Assembly: GCA_034440375.1 (NCBI GenBank)
Contig: JAWXBZ010000226.1
Span: 1-20,406, forward strand
Length of the DNA: 20,406 bases
Reading direction: 5' to 3'
Source of the DNA: Candidatus Eiseniibacteriota bacterium
Lineage (GTDB): Bacteria > Eisenbacteria > RBG-16-71-46 > JABDJR01 > JAWXBZ01
The position numbers were made by a program, and so were the translations under genes. The notes under the pieces were generated by a model. The model was not told the DNA's origin, did not search any database, and saw only the letters and a program-made list of their open reading frames with translations. How positions within the stretch are numbered: the stretch's first letter is position 1; every line of letters starts with the position of its first letter. This document shows positions 7,268 to 16,601 of the stretch, piece after piece.

Positions 7268-8317
7268 ATGGCCGACGACTCCCAAACATCGCTCCCTGAC
7301 GTGCGTCACCCCGTCCCGGTGTACTCGGGCGCCCGGCAATTGCGGGTACTGGCCCTCTTGAACGCGGACGCCGGCCGGGGAGATATCGAAAAGATTCGCG
7401 AGGGGATCCAGAAGGGCCTCGAGGAAACCGATGCGGTCGTCGATTTTGTCGAGGTGGGTGGCAGGGTGCATTGCCATGACTTGACGGCCAGGGCCATGCA
7501 GGATGGTTACGGACTGATCCTGGTGGCCGGCGGGGATGGCACGCTGGCCGACGCGGCGCGAGGGGTGGTCGGTCAGTCGATTCCGCTCGGCGTGATTCCC
7601 GCCGGCACCGGAAACATCGTGGCCATCAATCTCGGTATTCCGATGGCCCCGCGGGACGCGGCGCGGGCCGCCATCGAGGGAACTCCCGAGCCGTATGATG
7701 TCGGGCGCCTGGACGATGGTCGCATCTTCATACTCAGCGCGGGGGCCGGTTACGACGCCGACCTGATCCGCGATGCCGATCGCGAATTGAAGCGCCGCTT
7801 TGGTCCCCTGGCCTACCTGTTCGCGATGTTCAAAAATCTTGGGGTCAAGCGCGCGCGCTATATCCTGGAACTCGACGGCCGCGAAAAAATCCACGTCCTG
7901 GCTAAAACGGTACTCGTGACCAATGTTGGACGGACCATGGGGTCGCTGCCGCTGGCCCCGGATGCCCGCGTCGATGACGGCCTTCTCGACATCGTCGTCT
8001 TCACCTTCACCACGCTCCCCGGGTTGGTGATCACGTTTCTCAAAGCGCTGTTGGGCGGCCTGAAGGACGACCCGCGGGTCCGCTTCTACCAGGCGAAGAC
8101 GGTGCGGCTCCAGGCCAGCCGGCCGATGCCGGTGCAGGTCGACGGCGAATTGATCGAGCGGACCACGCCGATCTCGATCGAGGTCCTTCCCGGTGCCATT
8201 CGGATCATGCGTCCGCCGATCAAGCCACCCCTCGACCTGGCCGGGCTGGCCGAGTCGGCCATCAAGGCGATTCAGACCAGTGTTCGGACCACCGATCGTA
8301 CGCCAGAATCGAAGTAA
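7268..8317 (+). CDS. Diacylglycerol kinase family lipid kinase (YegS/BmrU/DgkB-like)
   Basis: LLNADAG, VAGGDGT, IPAGTGN, GAGYDA, K.RFG.LAY, DDGLLD and QVDGE motifs. The start is placed at ATG 7268. Confidence 0.93.
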   Translation: MADDSQTSLPDVRHPVPVYSGARQLRVLALLNADAGRGDIEKIREGIQKGLEETDAVVDFVEVGGRVHCHDLTARAMQDGYGLILVAGGDGTLADAARGVVGQSIPLGVIPAGTGNIVAINLGIPMAPRDAARAAIEGTPEPYDVGRLDDGRIFILSAGAGYDADLIRDADRELKRRFGPLAYLFAMFKNLGVKRARYILELDGREKIHVLAKTVLVTNVGRTMGSLPLAPDARVDDGLLDIVVFTFTTLPGLVITFLKALLGGLKDDPRVRFYQAKTVRLQASRPMPVQVDGELIERTTPISIEVLPGAIRIMRPPIKPPLDLAGLAESAIKAIQTSVRTTDRTPESK

Positions 8318-8846
8318 GCGGCCGACGCACCCGGGGCTTTGCTTCCTTCTCACGGGTAGCCGGGTCGAGCGCCTCCGGATCGCCTTCATGGCCGACAGCC
8401 ATGACGACCGTAGGTTGGTATCCTGATGGAATCCCGAGTTCGGCCATCAAGGCCTCACCGTTCCACCCGGCCATCGGGTGAGCACGAAGGCCGCGAGTCT
8501 CGGCCTCGACGATCAGGCACATCACCGAAAGGCCACTGTCGAAGAAGGCGTACGGCACCCCGTTCGATTGACCGGCATCCGCAAGGCGGGTCACCTGCGT
8601 GATCAGGAGCGGCGCGGCGAGGGCCCACTGATTGCCGCGATTCAGGCAGGCACCGAGGGCCGCACGGGCCGGGCCGGCCACCCGGAGGATGTATCGCCAG
8701 GGTTGGCGGTTTCCGCCGGAAGGTGACCATCGGGCGGCCTCCATCATGCCCTGGATGTCGTCCGGTACCACTTCGCGTGGTGAAAAGGAACGAACGCTCC
8801 GGCGACCATTGAGAACTTCGGACATTGACACCGTGGAACTCTCCAT
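8262..8846 (-). CDS. Nitroreductase family protein
   Basis: RRSVRSF, EAARWSPSGGNRQPWRY, FDSG, GLRAHPMAGW and final K.RVRRPL. The start could be 8846 or 8825. Confidence 0.93.
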   Translation of the reverse strand: MESSTVSMSEVLNGRRSVRSFSPREVVPDDIQGMMEAARWSPSGGNRQPWRYILRVAGPARAALGACLNRGNQWALAAPLLITQVTRLADAGQSNGVPYAFFDSGLSVMCLIVEAETRGLRAHPMAGWNGEALMAELGIPSGYQPTVVMAVGHEGDPEALDPATREKEAKPRVRRPLTSILAYDRWSEHWSESP

Positions 8847-8875
8847 TTCCGTCGACCCGGCAACCGGGGTCAGCA

Positions 8876-9751
8876 TCAGGGGCCTTCCCGGGAGACGTCG
8901 TCCGGAGGCCGGCTTGTCGCTCCGACCGCACCGAAGAGGCGACGGCCAGCCGGTCCGAGCGACAGGACCAACCCGAGAATCACCCCGGCAAGGTATCCCC
9001 CGAGGTGAGCCCGCCAATCAGCATGAAAGAGGGCGGGCGGCACCAGGACCAGTATCAGGGGAGCATAGACACGCCGTGCCTTCCAGCGCTGGCGCTCATT
9101 GAATGAATGGCCATGCCGGATGAGAAACCCCGTCAGGACACCGGCCAGTCCGAAAATGGCCCCCGAAGCACCGACCGAGAGGGGCGGTCCGCCACGGCCC
9201 CAGAAGGAGACCGCCGCCGCCGCCAGTCCTGTGGCCAGGTAGCAGGCCCAGGTTCGGGCACGTCCGTAGAACACCTCCACCCCGCCCGTCATGACCAGCA
9301 GCGCCCCGAGATTGCGCATCAGATGCCCCGCGTCCGCGTGCATCACGATCGTGGGCACCCAGCGCCAGATTTGTCCGTCAGTCGCCACCCGGGTCCACCA
9401 GTAGGCCATGGTCTGCCAGAGTTCGGTGGTGTAACCCTCTCTCCAGAGGGCCAGGAGAACGGCACTGACCCCGATATTGATCAGGACAAGCGCCTCCGTG
9501 GCTGAGAGGCCCCTCGCCGGAAAGATCGTGTCCCGCAACGAGATGGAGGGCGTTGCCGTGGCATTCGGCTCAGGGCGGAAGAGATGAAAGACCTCCAGAT
9601 CGTCCGCCCGTTTCCAGGCTCCCCCCGACCATGGGCCGGCCCAGACCCAGGTATCAGCCCCGACCCGTCCGCTCCGGACCCAGGCCTCCAGTTCGTGATC
9701 CTCGATCCACAGGACGCTGGCCGCGGGCGCGCCGGGTCCCTCGTCGTTCAT
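8876..9751 (-). CDS. Rhomboid family intramembrane serine protease with N-terminal GYF_2-like domain
   Basis: WRW, HADAGHLMRN, catalytic GASG and AHLGG motifs; N-terminal ELEAWVRSGRVGADTWVW...W segment. The start is uncertain (9751, 9769 or 9817). The ORF-track start at 10234 overlaps the divergent GAF gene. Confidence 0.9.
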   Translation of the reverse strand: MNDEGPGAPAASVLWIEDHELEAWVRSGRVGADTWVWAGPWSGGAWKRADDLEVFHLFRPEPNATATPSISLRDTIFPARGLSATEALVLINIGVSAVLLALWREGYTTELWQTMAYWWTRVATDGQIWRWVPTIVMHADAGHLMRNLGALLVMTGGVEVFYGRARTWACYLATGLAAAAVSFWGRGGPPLSVGASGAIFGLAGVLTGFLIRHGHSFNERQRWKARRVYAPLILVLVPPALFHADWRAHLGGYLAGVILGLVLSLGPAGRRLFGAVGATSRPPDDVSREGP

Positions 9752-9859
9752 CAGTCTCAGTCCGATCATGAGGGAATTAAAGACGATCCGGGGCCGGACC
9801 GATACCTCCAAGGGCATGGCCGTCCCATCCCGGGTCGTTCCGATTGGAGGATCTGCCGC

Positions 9860-10348
9860 ATGAACCTGCCCACAGTACTGGCTGAAATCGACAAAATGGA
9901 TGCGCGCGGCCTCGACCTGGAGGAGATCCTCGAGGCAACGATGCAACTGCTGTCGGAGGTCAATCCGCTCTTTCACTGGACGGGGATCTACGAGGTATTC
10001 CCGGATGACGTGCTTCGTCTCGGCCCATTTGTCGGTGCCCCGACGGACCATGTCTTCATCAGCGTAGGACGTGGCGTCTGCGGGCGAGCCGTGGCCGAAC
10101 GCCGCAACATGAACATTCCCGACGTCCGGCGGGAGAGCAACTACCTGGCCTGCAGTACCCAGACCCGTTCGGAACTGGTGGTGCTCATCCGTCTCGGGGA
10201 GATGATTTACGCCCAGATCGACATCGACAGCCACCAGCTGGCCGCTTTCGATGACGAGGCCGTCGCGCTGGTCCAGGGCGTCGCTGATCGACTGGCGCTG
10301 GTCTACTCCGCGCGTCGGTCGAACCGATCAAACCTCGGAGCCGCATGA
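9860..10348 (+). CDS. msrC: GAF-domain protein, free methionine-(R)-sulfoxide reductase-like (two-Cys type)
   Basis: GGAGG Shine-Dalgarno at 9846-9850; WTGIY, LGPFVG, GRGVCG, PDV...YLACS...SELV, IDIDS and AFD motifs of fRMsr. The first Cys of the three-Cys enzymes is absent (APTDH). Confidence 0.8.
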   Translation: MNLPTVLAEIDKMDARGLDLEEILEATMQLLSEVNPLFHWTGIYEVFPDDVLRLGPFVGAPTDHVFISVGRGVCGRAVAERRNMNIPDVRRESNYLACSTQTRSELVVLIRLGEMIYAQIDIDSHQLAAFDDEAVALVQGVADRLALVYSARRSNRSNLGAA

Positions 10349-13110
10349 ATTTGGCTCGTTCCTCTCGGGCGGGATTGTCGGTCGACATCGACCCCGCCCT
10401 CGCGGCACTCACCGCCCCGACACTCAACGAGCGTCTCCTGGCCCTGGCCAGGCTGGCCGCCGAGAGGGCCGGGAGCTGTGCCGCGGCCGTGGGGTTTCTC
10501 GATCCGGCCGGGCAACTCCAGCGCGGATACTGGCACGGGGTCGATCCGGTGCGATCCCCCGATGCCGCGAGAATCGATGACATCCTCAAGTCCGCGCTGG
10601 ACCCCGGCGGTATCGAGTCCGGCCGGAGCCCCGCGTCCATCGAGGCGCACGACATTCGATGCCATACCCTGCAAGGAGAGAGCCGGGGCGTCGTGGCACT
10701 GATCCACCCGGCCGGACCCCGACCACTGGTAAACGATGAAGACGGCCCGGCCATCCAGCTTGTCGCACGTTCGATCGAAGCCGAGGCGGCCACACTCCGA
10801 TACGAACGTCAGCAAGCCCACTACGAGCGCTGGTTCAAACGTCTCGACGGGCAACTTCGCATCCTGGATCGCGAACGGCAGAAGTTTCTGGCCGTGGTCA
10901 ACCGGGACGACGCCGAAGTCTTCGTGGCCGATCTCGGGCGGACAATTCGTTGGACCAACCGGCACCTGGTTGATTGCGAAGGAGGCGCCGACTCGAACGG
11001 ATGGCAGGGGCGCCCCTGCGCCGATTTCTGCCGCCACCTGGCCGGCGAAAGCTGCGGCCCGGATCCACTCGACTGTCCCGTCGCCCGCGCCCTGGCCAGC
11101 AACGAGGCGGCCCATCGGGAAATCCACCGGACGGTCGGCGCGGAACAGCGCGAACTCTATTTGTCCGCCCTGCCCATTCTCGGCCTCGATGGAAAGCCGG
11201 AAGAGGTGGTGGTGCTGATCCAGGACCTGTCGGATCTCAAGATCGTCCAACGCCTGGAAGCGCGCTATCGGACGTTGTTTGATCGGAGCGGCAACGCCAT
11301 CCTGATGCTCGATCCGGCCAGCCTGCGAATAGTCCTGGCCAATGAGACAGCCTGCCGCCTCCTGGGTCGTTCCAGCTCCGATTTGTCCGAGATGACGCTC
11401 GACCAGCTTCACTCACCGGGCGAATGGGGGCGGCTCTCCAACACGTATCGGGAAGGGCTTTCCGGAGAACCATGCCCCTCCTTCGAAGCCACCGCCTGGA
11501 CTGGCGATTCAGAGCAGCGGGTCGTGGACGTCGCCATCTCCCGACTGGAAGTCGACGCCCGAAACCTTGCGGTCGTGGAGTTCCGGGATCTGACCGAGCG
11601 ACGCCGGGCCGAGATCGCGCTGCACCACAGCGAGAATCGACTCCGCACCGTGGTGGCCAATGCGCCGCTGGTGCTGTTTACCCTCGATCGCAACGGCATT
11701 TTCACGATGTCCGAAGGGCGTGGCCTGGAGCGGATGGGCCTGAAACCGGGGGAAGTCGTGGGTCGCTCGGTATTTGATGTTTACGCCGACAACCAGGATA
11801 TCTGTGAATCCAATCGGCGTGCCCTGGCCGGGCACGAGTTCAAGGAAGTCATCGATGTCGGCTCGATGAGCTTCGAAACCTGGTTTTCCCCGATGCGCGA
11901 TGCCCGGGGCCAGGCCGACGGCGTGCTCGGCGTGGCCATCGATGTTTCCACCAGCCGCCGGCTCGAACAGCAACTGCAGCATTCGCAGAAGATGGAGGCC
12001 ATCGGCCGGCTGGCCGGCGGGGTGGCCCATGATTTCAACAATCTTCTGACCGTCATTCTCGGACACTGCGAGATGATGACTCGAAAAGTCGAACCCGGTA
12101 CGTCGATACACCGGGAGGCGGAAGCCGTCCTGAAAGCCGGCCGGCGCGGTGCCGACCTGGCCCGCCAGCTCCTGGCGTTCAGCCGCAAGCAGCTGGTCGA
12201 GCCCAAGATCATCGACATGAACCGGGTGCTGGCCGACCTGGATGGCATGCTCCGTCGGCTCATTCCCGAAAGCATCGACCTGACCACAGTTCTGGACCCG
12301 GGCCTGGTCCGCATCAAGGCGGACTGGGGGCAGGTCGAGCAGATCATCATGAACCTGGTGGTCAATGCCAGGGACGCGGTCGGGCCCGGCGGAAAGATAA
12401 CGGTCGAGATTTCGACCGTCACGATCGACGCGGCGTATGAGGCCAGTCATCAGACACTGACGCCGGGTCCGTACGTGCAACTGTCGGTGAGCGACACGGG
12501 GCGCGGCATGGATGCGGAAACCCGCCTCAAGATCTTCGAGCCGTTCTTTACCACCAAGGAAACCGGCCAGGGAACCGGCCTCGGTCTTTCCATCGTCTAC
12601 GGCATCGTCCGCCAGTACGGCGGCGACATTCAGGTATACAGCGAAATCGACCAGGGGACCACCTTCAAGGTGTACATGCCGCGGGTCATGCTCGACCCGA
12701 CCCCGACAACGGCCGCAACGCCGGGCCTGCGCGCCGAGATGGGCTCTGGCACCATCCTCCTGACCGAGGACGAGGAAGGTGTTCGGGCGCTGGCCCATGA
12801 GATCCTCGAGATGTGCGGCTATACCGTCCTTACGGCCGCCAATGGCGAGGAAGCGCTGGCGATCAGCAATGGCCACGACGGCCCGATCGACCTCTTGCTG
12901 ACCGACGTGGTCATGCCGGGCCTTTCCGGTGGCGAAGTGGCCGAACGCCTGCGCGTCCTGTGCCCCGGCATCAAGGTGGTCTTCATGTCCGGTTATCCGG
13001 ATGACGCCATCGTTCACCATGGCGTGCTCGACAGGGATCAGGCCTTCGTGCAAAAGCCCTTCACGATCGAGGAACTCTCCGGGCGCATTCGGAGCATGCT
13101 GGCCGGCTGA
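10345..13110 (+). CDS. Hybrid sensor histidine kinase (degenerate GAF-like, 3 PAS, HisKA, HATPase, receiver), CckA-like architecture
   Basis: H-box [14 protein letters not shown]-box [10 protein letters not shown]1 DTGRGM, F-box [10 protein letters not shown]2 GTGLGLS; receiver EDE...LLTDVVMP...MSGY...QKPF. No TM segment is evident. ATGA overlap with the upstream gene. Confidence 0.95.
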   Translation: MNLARSSRAGLSVDIDPALAALTAPTLNERLLALARLAAERAGSCAAAVGFLDPAGQLQRGYWHGVDPVRSPDAARIDDILKSALDPGGIESGRSPASIEAHDIRCHTLQGESRGVVALIHPAGPRPLVNDEDGPAIQLVARSIEAEAATLRYERQQAHYERWFKRLDGQLRILDRERQKFLAVVNRDDAEVFVADLGRTIRWTNRHLVDCEGGADSNGWQGRPCADFCRHLAGESCGPDPLDCPVARALASNEAAHREIHRTVGAEQRELYLSALPILGLDGKPEEVVVLIQDLSDLKIVQRLEARYRTLFDRSGNAILMLDPASLRIVLANETACRLLGRSSSDLSEMTLDQLHSPGEWGRLSNTYREGLSGEPCPSFEATAWTGDSEQRVVDVAISRLEVDARNLAVVEFRDLTERRRAEIALHHSENRLRTVVANAPLVLFTLDRNGIFTMSEGRGLERMGLKPGEVVGRSVFDVYADNQDICESNRRALAGHEFKEVIDVGSMSFETWFSPMRDARGQADGVLGVAIDVSTSRRLEQQLQHSQKMEAIGRLAGGVAHDFNNLLTVILGHCEMMTRKVEPGTSIHREAEAVLKAGRRGADLARQLLAFSRKQLVEPKIIDMNRVLADLDGMLRRLIPESIDLTTVLDPGLVRIKADWGQVEQIIMNLVVNARDAVGPGGKITVEISTVTIDAAYEASHQTLTPGPYVQLSVSDTGRGMDAETRLKIFEPFFTTKETGQGTGLGLSIVYGIVRQYGGDIQVYSEIDQGTTFKVYMPRVMLDPTPTTAATPGLRAEMGSGTILLTEDEEGVRALAHEILEMCGYTVLTAANGEEALAISNGHDGPIDLLLTDVVMPGLSGGEVAERLRVLCPGIKVVFMSGYPDDAIVHHGVLDRDQAFVQKPFTIEELSGRIRSMLAG

Positions 13111-13158
13111 GCGAACTCGATTGACGGGGTAACCGACGACTCGTCGATGACGCCTCTC

Positions 13159-13187
13159 TCGACGTTCGGTGCGTCGGCCGCTAGAAT
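13159..13187 (+). promoter_or_regulatory. Putative sigma70-type promoter of the thr operon (near-leaderless)
   Basis: TCGACG (13159-13164), 17 nt, TAGAAT (13182-13187), 10 nt, ATG 13198; no Shine-Dalgarno and no thrL-like leader peptide. Confidence 0.55.
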
Positions 13188-13197
13188 TCGCGGCCTC

Positions 13198-15651
13198 ATG
13201 ATCGTAATGAAATTCGGCGGCAGTTCGCTGGCCACACCGCGCCGCCTGGAAACCGTGGCAAGACTGGTTCTCGCGGCGCGAAAGCGTCGGCGCGTGGTGG
13301 TCGTCGTCTCGGCCTTCCAGGGGGTGACGAACGACCTCCTGACCCTTGCACGAATGGCCGAGAGCGGTGATCCCGCACTGTGGCCCTCCTTTCGACGCCT
13401 GGCGCGGCGGCACACCACGGCGCTCAGTGCCGTCGCCGGCGCGGGCCGCCCGGGACGCTCACGCCTCGAACTGGTTACCCGACTCGAGGAACTGCGGAAC
13501 GCGCTGACCGGCATTCATCTCCTCACCGATGCCCACCCCCGGGCACTGGACCTCGTGGCCAGTTTCGGCGAGCGAATGTCGGCCCTGATCCTCGCGGCGG
13601 CGCTGGGCCGGGGGGCTTTCAGCGTCGACACGCGGGAACTGATCGTGACCGACGATCAGTTCACCCGGGCGGCCGTCCTGTTCGAACCGACCAATGAACG
13701 GCTGGTCTCCCATTTCCGGCGGCTCATGGCCCGCTCGAAACAGGCGCTTCCGGTCGTGACCGGATTCATCGCCGCCACGCTCGACGGGCGGACAACCACC
13801 ATCGGGCGAAACGGCTCGGACTACACGGCCTCGATCGTCGGCGCCGCCCTCTCGGCCACGTCGATTGAAATATGGACCGATGTGGACGGCATCCTCTCGG
13901 CCGATCCACGGGTCGTGGCCGGGGCCTTCGTCGTGCCGCGCGTCAGCTATGAAGAGGCGATGGAGATGTCGTACTTCGGCGCGAATGTGCTTCACCCGGC
14001 GGCCATCCTTCCGGCGGTCCGCGCCGGCATTCCGCTGGTGGTCCGGAATACACTTCGTCCCGGGGCGCCCGGCACACGGATCGCGAGCGGGCCGGAGCCC
14101 GATCCGCGCGTCGCCAAGGGGATCACTTCAATCGGCGGCATGACGCTCCTGACCCTGCGCGGCGCCGGCCTGGTCGGCGTGCCCGGCGTGGCCCATCGCC
14201 TTTTTGGCGCCCTGGCCTCCCGCGAGGTCAACGTCATTCTCATTTCGCAGGCGTCGAGCGAACACACGATCTGCTTCGCTGTGGCTGAAACGGATGCGCC
14301 GCGGGCGCGCCTGGCCATCGCCGCGGGGTTCCACCGCGAGATGACCGAGGGGCTTGTCTCGCTCGAGGAATCAGGCGACCGGACCATCGTGGCCATCGTC
14401 GGGGACGGCATGCGCGGGACGCCCGGCGTTTCCGGCCGAGTCTTCGATTCGCTCGGCCGGCATGGCGTGTCGATCAACGCCATTGCCCAGGGGGCCTCGG
14501 AGCGAAACATCTCGTTCGTGGTCGACCGGCGGCAGGCCAGCCTGGCCGTCAATGTCGTGCACGAGGCCTTTTTCGGGACGACGCGCAAGCTGGCCATCGC
14601 GGTGCTGGGCGTCGGCAATATCGGAAAGGCGCTGCTCACACAGCTCCGAAGCCAGCGTTCCGACCTCTTGGCCCGGGGCTTCGACATCCGGGTGGTGGCC
14701 GTGGCCAACAGCCGTCGGCTGCTCTTCAACGCCGACGGCCTCCCGCTGGCCCGCTGGCCGGACGACCTGGCGGCCGCGACGACGGTCATGAGCCCCGACG
14801 AGCTGATCCGGCGCCTGGCCACGGTGTCGGTTCCCGATCGGGCCATCATCGACTGTACGGCCAGCGAAATGCTCGTGGCCTCGTACGCCGATTTTCTGAA
14901 CGCCGATTGTCACCTGGTCACGCCAAACAAGAAAGCCAACGTCCTTCCGCCGGACGCGTACGACAACCTGATGAACCTGGTCGCGAAGCGCCGCAAGCGA
15001 TTCCTGTTCGAGGCAAACGTTGGTGCCGGACTTCCGGTGATCTCGACGCTGCACGATCTGGTAGCCTCCGGCGACACGGTCGAGCGGATCGAGGGGATCC
15101 TGTCGGGAACCCTGAGCTCGCTTTTTAACCGGATGAATGGGAATACCCGGTTCAGCGACCTGGTTCTTTCGGCCCGGGACGAGGGGCTGACAGAGCCCGA
15201 CCCGCGGGACGACCTGTCCGGGCAGGATGTTGCGCGCAAGCTCCTGATCCTGGCGCGCCAGCTCGGCCGTCGGCTGGCGTTGAATAAAATTCCGGTTGAG
15301 AGTCTCGTGCCGGCAGCACTCCGCAAAGGCCCGTTTCGGGAATCGTTCTTCGTCAAATTGGCCCGCCACGACGAGGCCATGAGCCGGCGCTGGTCGGCGG
15401 CACACCGCCGCGGCCGTGTGCTGCGCTACGTCGGCACGCTCGACTCCCGTGGTGCCCGCGCCGGCCTGGTCGAGTTCCCCGAGTCCCACCCGTTCGCCCA
15501 CGCCAGGGGGAGCGACAATGTCATTGTCTTCACGACCGCCCGTTACGCCACCACGCCGCTGGTGATCCAGGGTCCCGGCGCCGGGGCCGACGTCACGGCC
15601 ATGGGGGTCTTCTCCGACGTGCTCAAGCTGATGCACTCCCTTCCATCCTGA
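13198..15651 (+). CDS. thrA: Bifunctional aspartate kinase/homoserine dehydrogenase
   Basis: MIVMKFGGSS, SFGERMS, GRNGSDYTA, WTDVDG, two ACT domains (ISQASSEH, IAQGASERNIS), GVGNIG, TPNKK, EANVGAGLP, SGTLS, EPDPRDDLSG.DVARK and GPGAG. Confidence 0.97.
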   Translation: MIVMKFGGSSLATPRRLETVARLVLAARKRRRVVVVVSAFQGVTNDLLTLARMAESGDPALWPSFRRLARRHTTALSAVAGAGRPGRSRLELVTRLEELRNALTGIHLLTDAHPRALDLVASFGERMSALILAAALGRGAFSVDTRELIVTDDQFTRAAVLFEPTNERLVSHFRRLMARSKQALPVVTGFIAATLDGRTTTIGRNGSDYTASIVGAALSATSIEIWTDVDGILSADPRVVAGAFVVPRVSYEEAMEMSYFGANVLHPAAILPAVRAGIPLVVRNTLRPGAPGTRIASGPEPDPRVAKGITSIGGMTLLTLRGAGLVGVPGVAHRLFGALASREVNVILISQASSEHTICFAVAETDAPRARLAIAAGFHREMTEGLVSLEESGDRTIVAIVGDGMRGTPGVSGRVFDSLGRHGVSINAIAQGASERNISFVVDRRQASLAVNVVHEAFFGTTRKLAIAVLGVGNIGKALLTQLRSQRSDLLARGFDIRVVAVANSRRLLFNADGLPLARWPDDLAAATTVMSPDELIRRLATVSVPDRAIIDCTASEMLVASYADFLNADCHLVTPNKKANVLPPDAYDNLMNLVAKRRKRFLFEANVGAGLPVISTLHDLVASGDTVERIEGILSGTLSSLFNRMNGNTRFSDLVLSARDEGLTEPDPRDDLSGQDVARKLLILARQLGRRLALNKIPVESLVPAALRKGPFRESFFVKLARHDEAMSRRWSAAHRRGRVLRYVGTLDSRGARAGLVEFPESHPFAHARGSDNVIVFTTARYATTPLVIQGPGAGADVTAMGVFSDVLKLMHSLPS

Positions 15652-16601
15652 TGCGCCGCGTCTGTGTGGTGGCACCGGCAACCATCGCCAACCTGGGTCC
15701 CGGGTTCGATGCCATCGGCCTGGCCCTCGAATCACCGGCCGATCGAGCCACAGCCGAACGCCGTCCGGAGCCGGGGATCGAATTTCGGCTCGACGATCCA
15801 ACAGGCGCCGTTCCCAGGGACCAGGCGCGCAATGTGGCGGCCCATGTCGCCGCGGCCCTCCTCGCCGATGCGCGGCCGGAGTTCGGCGTCCGTCTCACGC
15901 TTCACAAGCGGATGCCGGTGGGATCGGGGCTCGGCAGTTCCGCGGCCAGCGCCGTGGCCGCACTGGTGGCCGTCAACGCACTGCTTTCGAAACCGCGCGC
16001 GCGCGCGGACCTCCTTCGCTTTGCCGTGGAAGGTGAGCGCCTGGCGTCGGGCGCACCCCATGCCGACAACGTCGCCGCCTGCCTGCTGGGCGGCGTGCAG
16101 ATCGTCCTGTCGGGCGATCCGCCGGTGGTCGTCCCGGTGCCGTTCGTCGACCGTATCCGCTGGGTGGTCGTGCATCCCGCCACCGTTATCGAAACCCGAA
16201 CGGCGCGGCGGCGGCTCCCCGGGCGGCTGGATCTGGCCGATGCCGTCAGCCAGTGGGCGCATGTCGGCGCGCTGGTGGCCGGGCTTGCCACCGGAAATGC
16301 GGCCACAGTCGGCAACGCCCTCGTCGATCGGGTGGCCGAGCCGGCCCGCGCGCCGCTTATCCCGGGCTTCCTGGCCGTTCGGCAGGCGGCGCTCCTGGCC
16401 GGCGCGTTCGGCATGTCAATCTCCGGGTCCGGTCCGAGTGTGTTCGCCGTGACCGATTCGGACGCTGTGGCGCGGCGCGTGGCCCGGGCCATGGTCCGCG
16501 CGTTTCGAACGGCCGGCGGTATCGGGGCCAGGGCATGGGTCTCCCGCATCAACCGGCGCGGCGCGCGAATCCAGCGACTTCCGCCGCTCCAACTTCGATG
16601 A
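15651..16601 (+). CDS. thrB: Homoserine kinase
   Basis: APATIANLGPGFD, GHMP motif PVGSGLGSSAAS, HADNVA, EP.R, ISGSGPS; TGATG overlap with thrA. Confidence 0.97.
   Translation: MRRVCVVAPATIANLGPGFDAIGLALESPADRATAERRPEPGIEFRLDDPTGAVPRDQARNVAAHVAAALLADARPEFGVRLTLHKRMPVGSGLGSSAASAVAALVAVNALLSKPRARADLLRFAVEGERLASGAPHADNVAACLLGGVQIVLSGDPPVVVPVPFVDRIRWVVVHPATVIETRTARRRLPGRLDLADAVSQWAHVGALVAGLATGNAATVGNALVDRVAEPARAPLIPGFLAVRQAALLAGAFGMSISGSGPSVFAVTDSDAVARRVARAMVRAFRTAGGIGARAWVSRINRRGARIQRLPPLQLR

Noticed and set aside
2708-8389. Long alternative ORFs 2708..3682, 3771..4985, 5011..5982 and 7232..8389
   Set aside because: Each lies antisense to a well-supported gene and shows no domain motifs.
8854-8871. 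Hairpin GACCCGG-CAA-CCGGGGTC between rhomboid and nitroreductase as a terminator
   Set aside because: No U-tract on either strand, and short GC stems are expected by chance at this GC content.
8876-9751. Calling the rhomboid a rhombosortase for the beta-helix tails
   Set aside because: The tails lack the GlyGly motif and TM helix that rhombosortase substrates have; no direct evidence.
11509-13413. 634-aa antisense ORF opposite the histidine kinase
   Set aside because: Shadow ORF mirroring the codon bias of a high-GC gene; it has no recognisable motifs, while the plus strand has all kinase boxes.
5161-16598. Extended N-termini given by the ORF track (starts 5393, 6225, 7136, 9017, 9584, 10234, 13147, 16253)
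   Set aside because: Most extensions overlap neighbouring genes and all lack family similarity. Downstream ATGs fit domain boundaries, SD sites or stop-start coupling better.
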